A stretch of 60,647 nt of DNA, counting the filler. It is 4 parts of 4 records of this genome, joined end to end, with 100 filler letters (N's around TTAATTAATTAA, not from the genome) between each part and the next. Parts side by side here need not be neighbours in the genome. Positions count along the whole stretch, not along the records: positions 50,848 to 60,647 come from SRR2962707_3347; 3 more parts are not named here. The stretch is one strand, 5' to 3'. This document shows positions 59,001 through 60,647 of the stretch, one piece after another (position 1 is the first letter of the stretch; every line of letters starts with the position of its first letter). A model generated the notes under the pieces. The model worked only from the letters and a program-made list of their open reading frames with translations, searched no databases and was not told where the DNA came from. The position numbers and the translations under genes were made by a program.

Positions 59001-60647
59001 ACTCGTCTTTGCGAGGAGCGCCACGAGCGGCCAATGGTGACAACTCGTCGGCCATTTCATCTTCCGACTCGTTGTCCACAGTGTCCTCGCTGTCAGAAAT
59101 GTGATTCCGTGTCACGAGGGGAGACAATGTCAAAGGTGGGCCTCCGGCGGATTGCGCGGCGGCCAGGTGTGCTGTCACGTCCGGGGAACTTTCGCCTCCG
59201 CTGGAGTTTTCGCTTTCGTAATCGTCCGCATCATTGTTCTCAGGAAAGGACACGCTCAGTAATTCGGTTGTCCGATTCGAATCGCCAAATTCACCTTCAA
59301 CGCGAGGCTGGCGTGCACTACGGCCATAGACTTTGCTGCTCAGTGCTGCAGCAAGGTTGTTCGGCGCATCGGCTGCCCTCCCTTTCAAAAACGGTGTGTC
59401 ACCAGCAAGGTCGATGAGACCATTGGCATCTGGCGTGGAGGGCGCTCCGTCGTCGACAGGCAGCGGCGAGAGGCGTGGACTGTTGAGGGAAGTGTCACTG
59501 TTGGGTTCCTCACTCGACGACTCCGTAACTTGCGTTGGCACAGAGTCCATGCCTCTCATTGGGGAGTTATTACCCCCGAGAGCACGCGACATAATCAAAT
59601 TTCGAACGCGCGCTCCGTCGCTGCTTCGCGGCTGCTTCGCTTGCTCTGGACGCATGGACGGCGAGTGTTGCCCATCGCTGTCATCCTCGTGGCCGTCGCT
59701 CTCGTCATCGTCATCGTCTCCATCCGTGAGTTCCATTGCATCAAACACTGAGTCAACCAGGCTGCTTGTTTTACCATGATGAGATGTTCGCCTTGCACCA
59801 TCGGTGCCACCTGCCTCATTGTCCACCAATCGCGCTTGCTCCTGACCTTTCCGATTTTCTTGTTCCACGCGAGCAGCCAGTTGTGCTCGGAGATCCACTG
59901 AACTGCTGTGTCGGCTGCCTACCGGCGTTGTCGGGAACGGTGGCGTATCGAGGCCGGACGACGACACTCTAGCATTCGCTAAGGCCCCGTCTGGCGAAAC
60001 TAGCGGTGGTGCACCAGGCAGTCCTTTGACGGCGCTGGAGGGGCTGAGCCCGAGTGGAGGAGCCCCAACCATGTTGGGCACAGCCATCCCCGTCAACTCG
60101 GATTGGGTCCGTCGGGGCGTGCGAGGAATCGTCCCAATGGTACCTGACCGCAATGTGCACAATGATGAGTAAACATGAGGAAACCGGGAGCAATGCAGCT
60201 GGATTGAATTGCCAACGAACCTGGGCCTGTAGAAAGCGGCGGAATGCTGCTCAATCCTCTCATGCCCGTTGCGTCCGTGCCAGTTGCGCGCGGGGTTGCC
60301 GGAATAGCACCTTGAGTGCCTGAAAAAGATAGCGATGGCATCAACATCTCTATCTTGCTAGGTTTAGGTACACAACGCATCAGTGCGGAACAATACACTA
60401 ACCAGGTCCTGTGGTGAGTGGAACTGCGCCACTTGCAACCAGCCCACCGGCTTGATCATCGGCATCAAGATCCGAATCGTCGGACTCGCCATCGCTGTTT
60501 TCGTCAATTTGATCGAGGTCAGTCACGCTATCCTGAGTCTGTACAGCGGGGAAGGATTCACGGGGTGGTTTTTGCTTCAACGACGGCGAGCCAGGCATGC
60601 GATTTTCAGACTTTTGGCCCTTGGGCGTGGCAGGCATCGCTGCTGGA
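53097..60647 (-). CDS. large multi-exon eukaryotic protein with IQ motif, CAP-Gly, coiled coil, SAM and EF-hand-like regions (5' end outside window; could be more than one gene)
   Basis: Spliced CAP-Gly [41 protein letters not shown]; IQ-like VQAAWRYR; SAM LKEFLLRCGLDQYIPRFVEQGYDD...LGLKKGHARQLL; several frame-consistent introns. Confidence 0.65.

Noticed and set aside
50800-60637. Dense overlapping ORFs in the eukaryotic contig
   Set aside because: Expected in higher-GC DNA; explained as exon fragments or shadows of two spliced genes
1-60647. CRISPR arrays, rRNA and tRNA genes
   Set aside because: No regularly spaced repeat-spacer array or recognisable structural RNA gene seen by eye

Overview
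The window is a concatenation of four unrelated contigs joined by 100-nt artificial linkers (N-run + TTAATTAATTAA + N-run at 26840-26939, 38120-38219, 50748-50847). Contig 1 (1-26839, AT-rich, Flavobacteriaceae-like) is a rhamnogalacturonan/pectin utilisation locus (PL11, GH105, PL22-like, GH43-like, GH28, CE12, GH2 and two large unassigned glycosidase-like proteins). It is fused to an L-rhamnose catabolic operon (rhaEW, isomerase, kinase, lldD, NCS1-type transporter) and a GntR regulator. Five promoters there share a candidate operator ending in ACAGGAT, and two MITE-like elements sit in intergenic gaps. Contig 2 (26940-38119) is a Bacteroidota ICE-like accessory region: truncated ATPase, HTH/excisionase, RteC, AraC regulators, an IS110 remnant and a thioredoxin-ApbE-DUF4266-DUF3570 flavinylation module. 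That module is bracketed by a conserved structured repeat and attC-like sites, suggesting an integron-like cassette system. Contig 3 (38220-50747) is Cytophagales-like core genome (gldKLMN, uvrC, PBP1A, sprE, M23 peptidase). Contig 4 (50848-60647) is GC-richer eukaryotic DNA with spliced genes: a 4-exon CEP44 homolog and a large IQ/CAP-Gly/coiled-coil/SAM/EF-hand-like gene. All family calls come from motif recognition by eye, not database searches.
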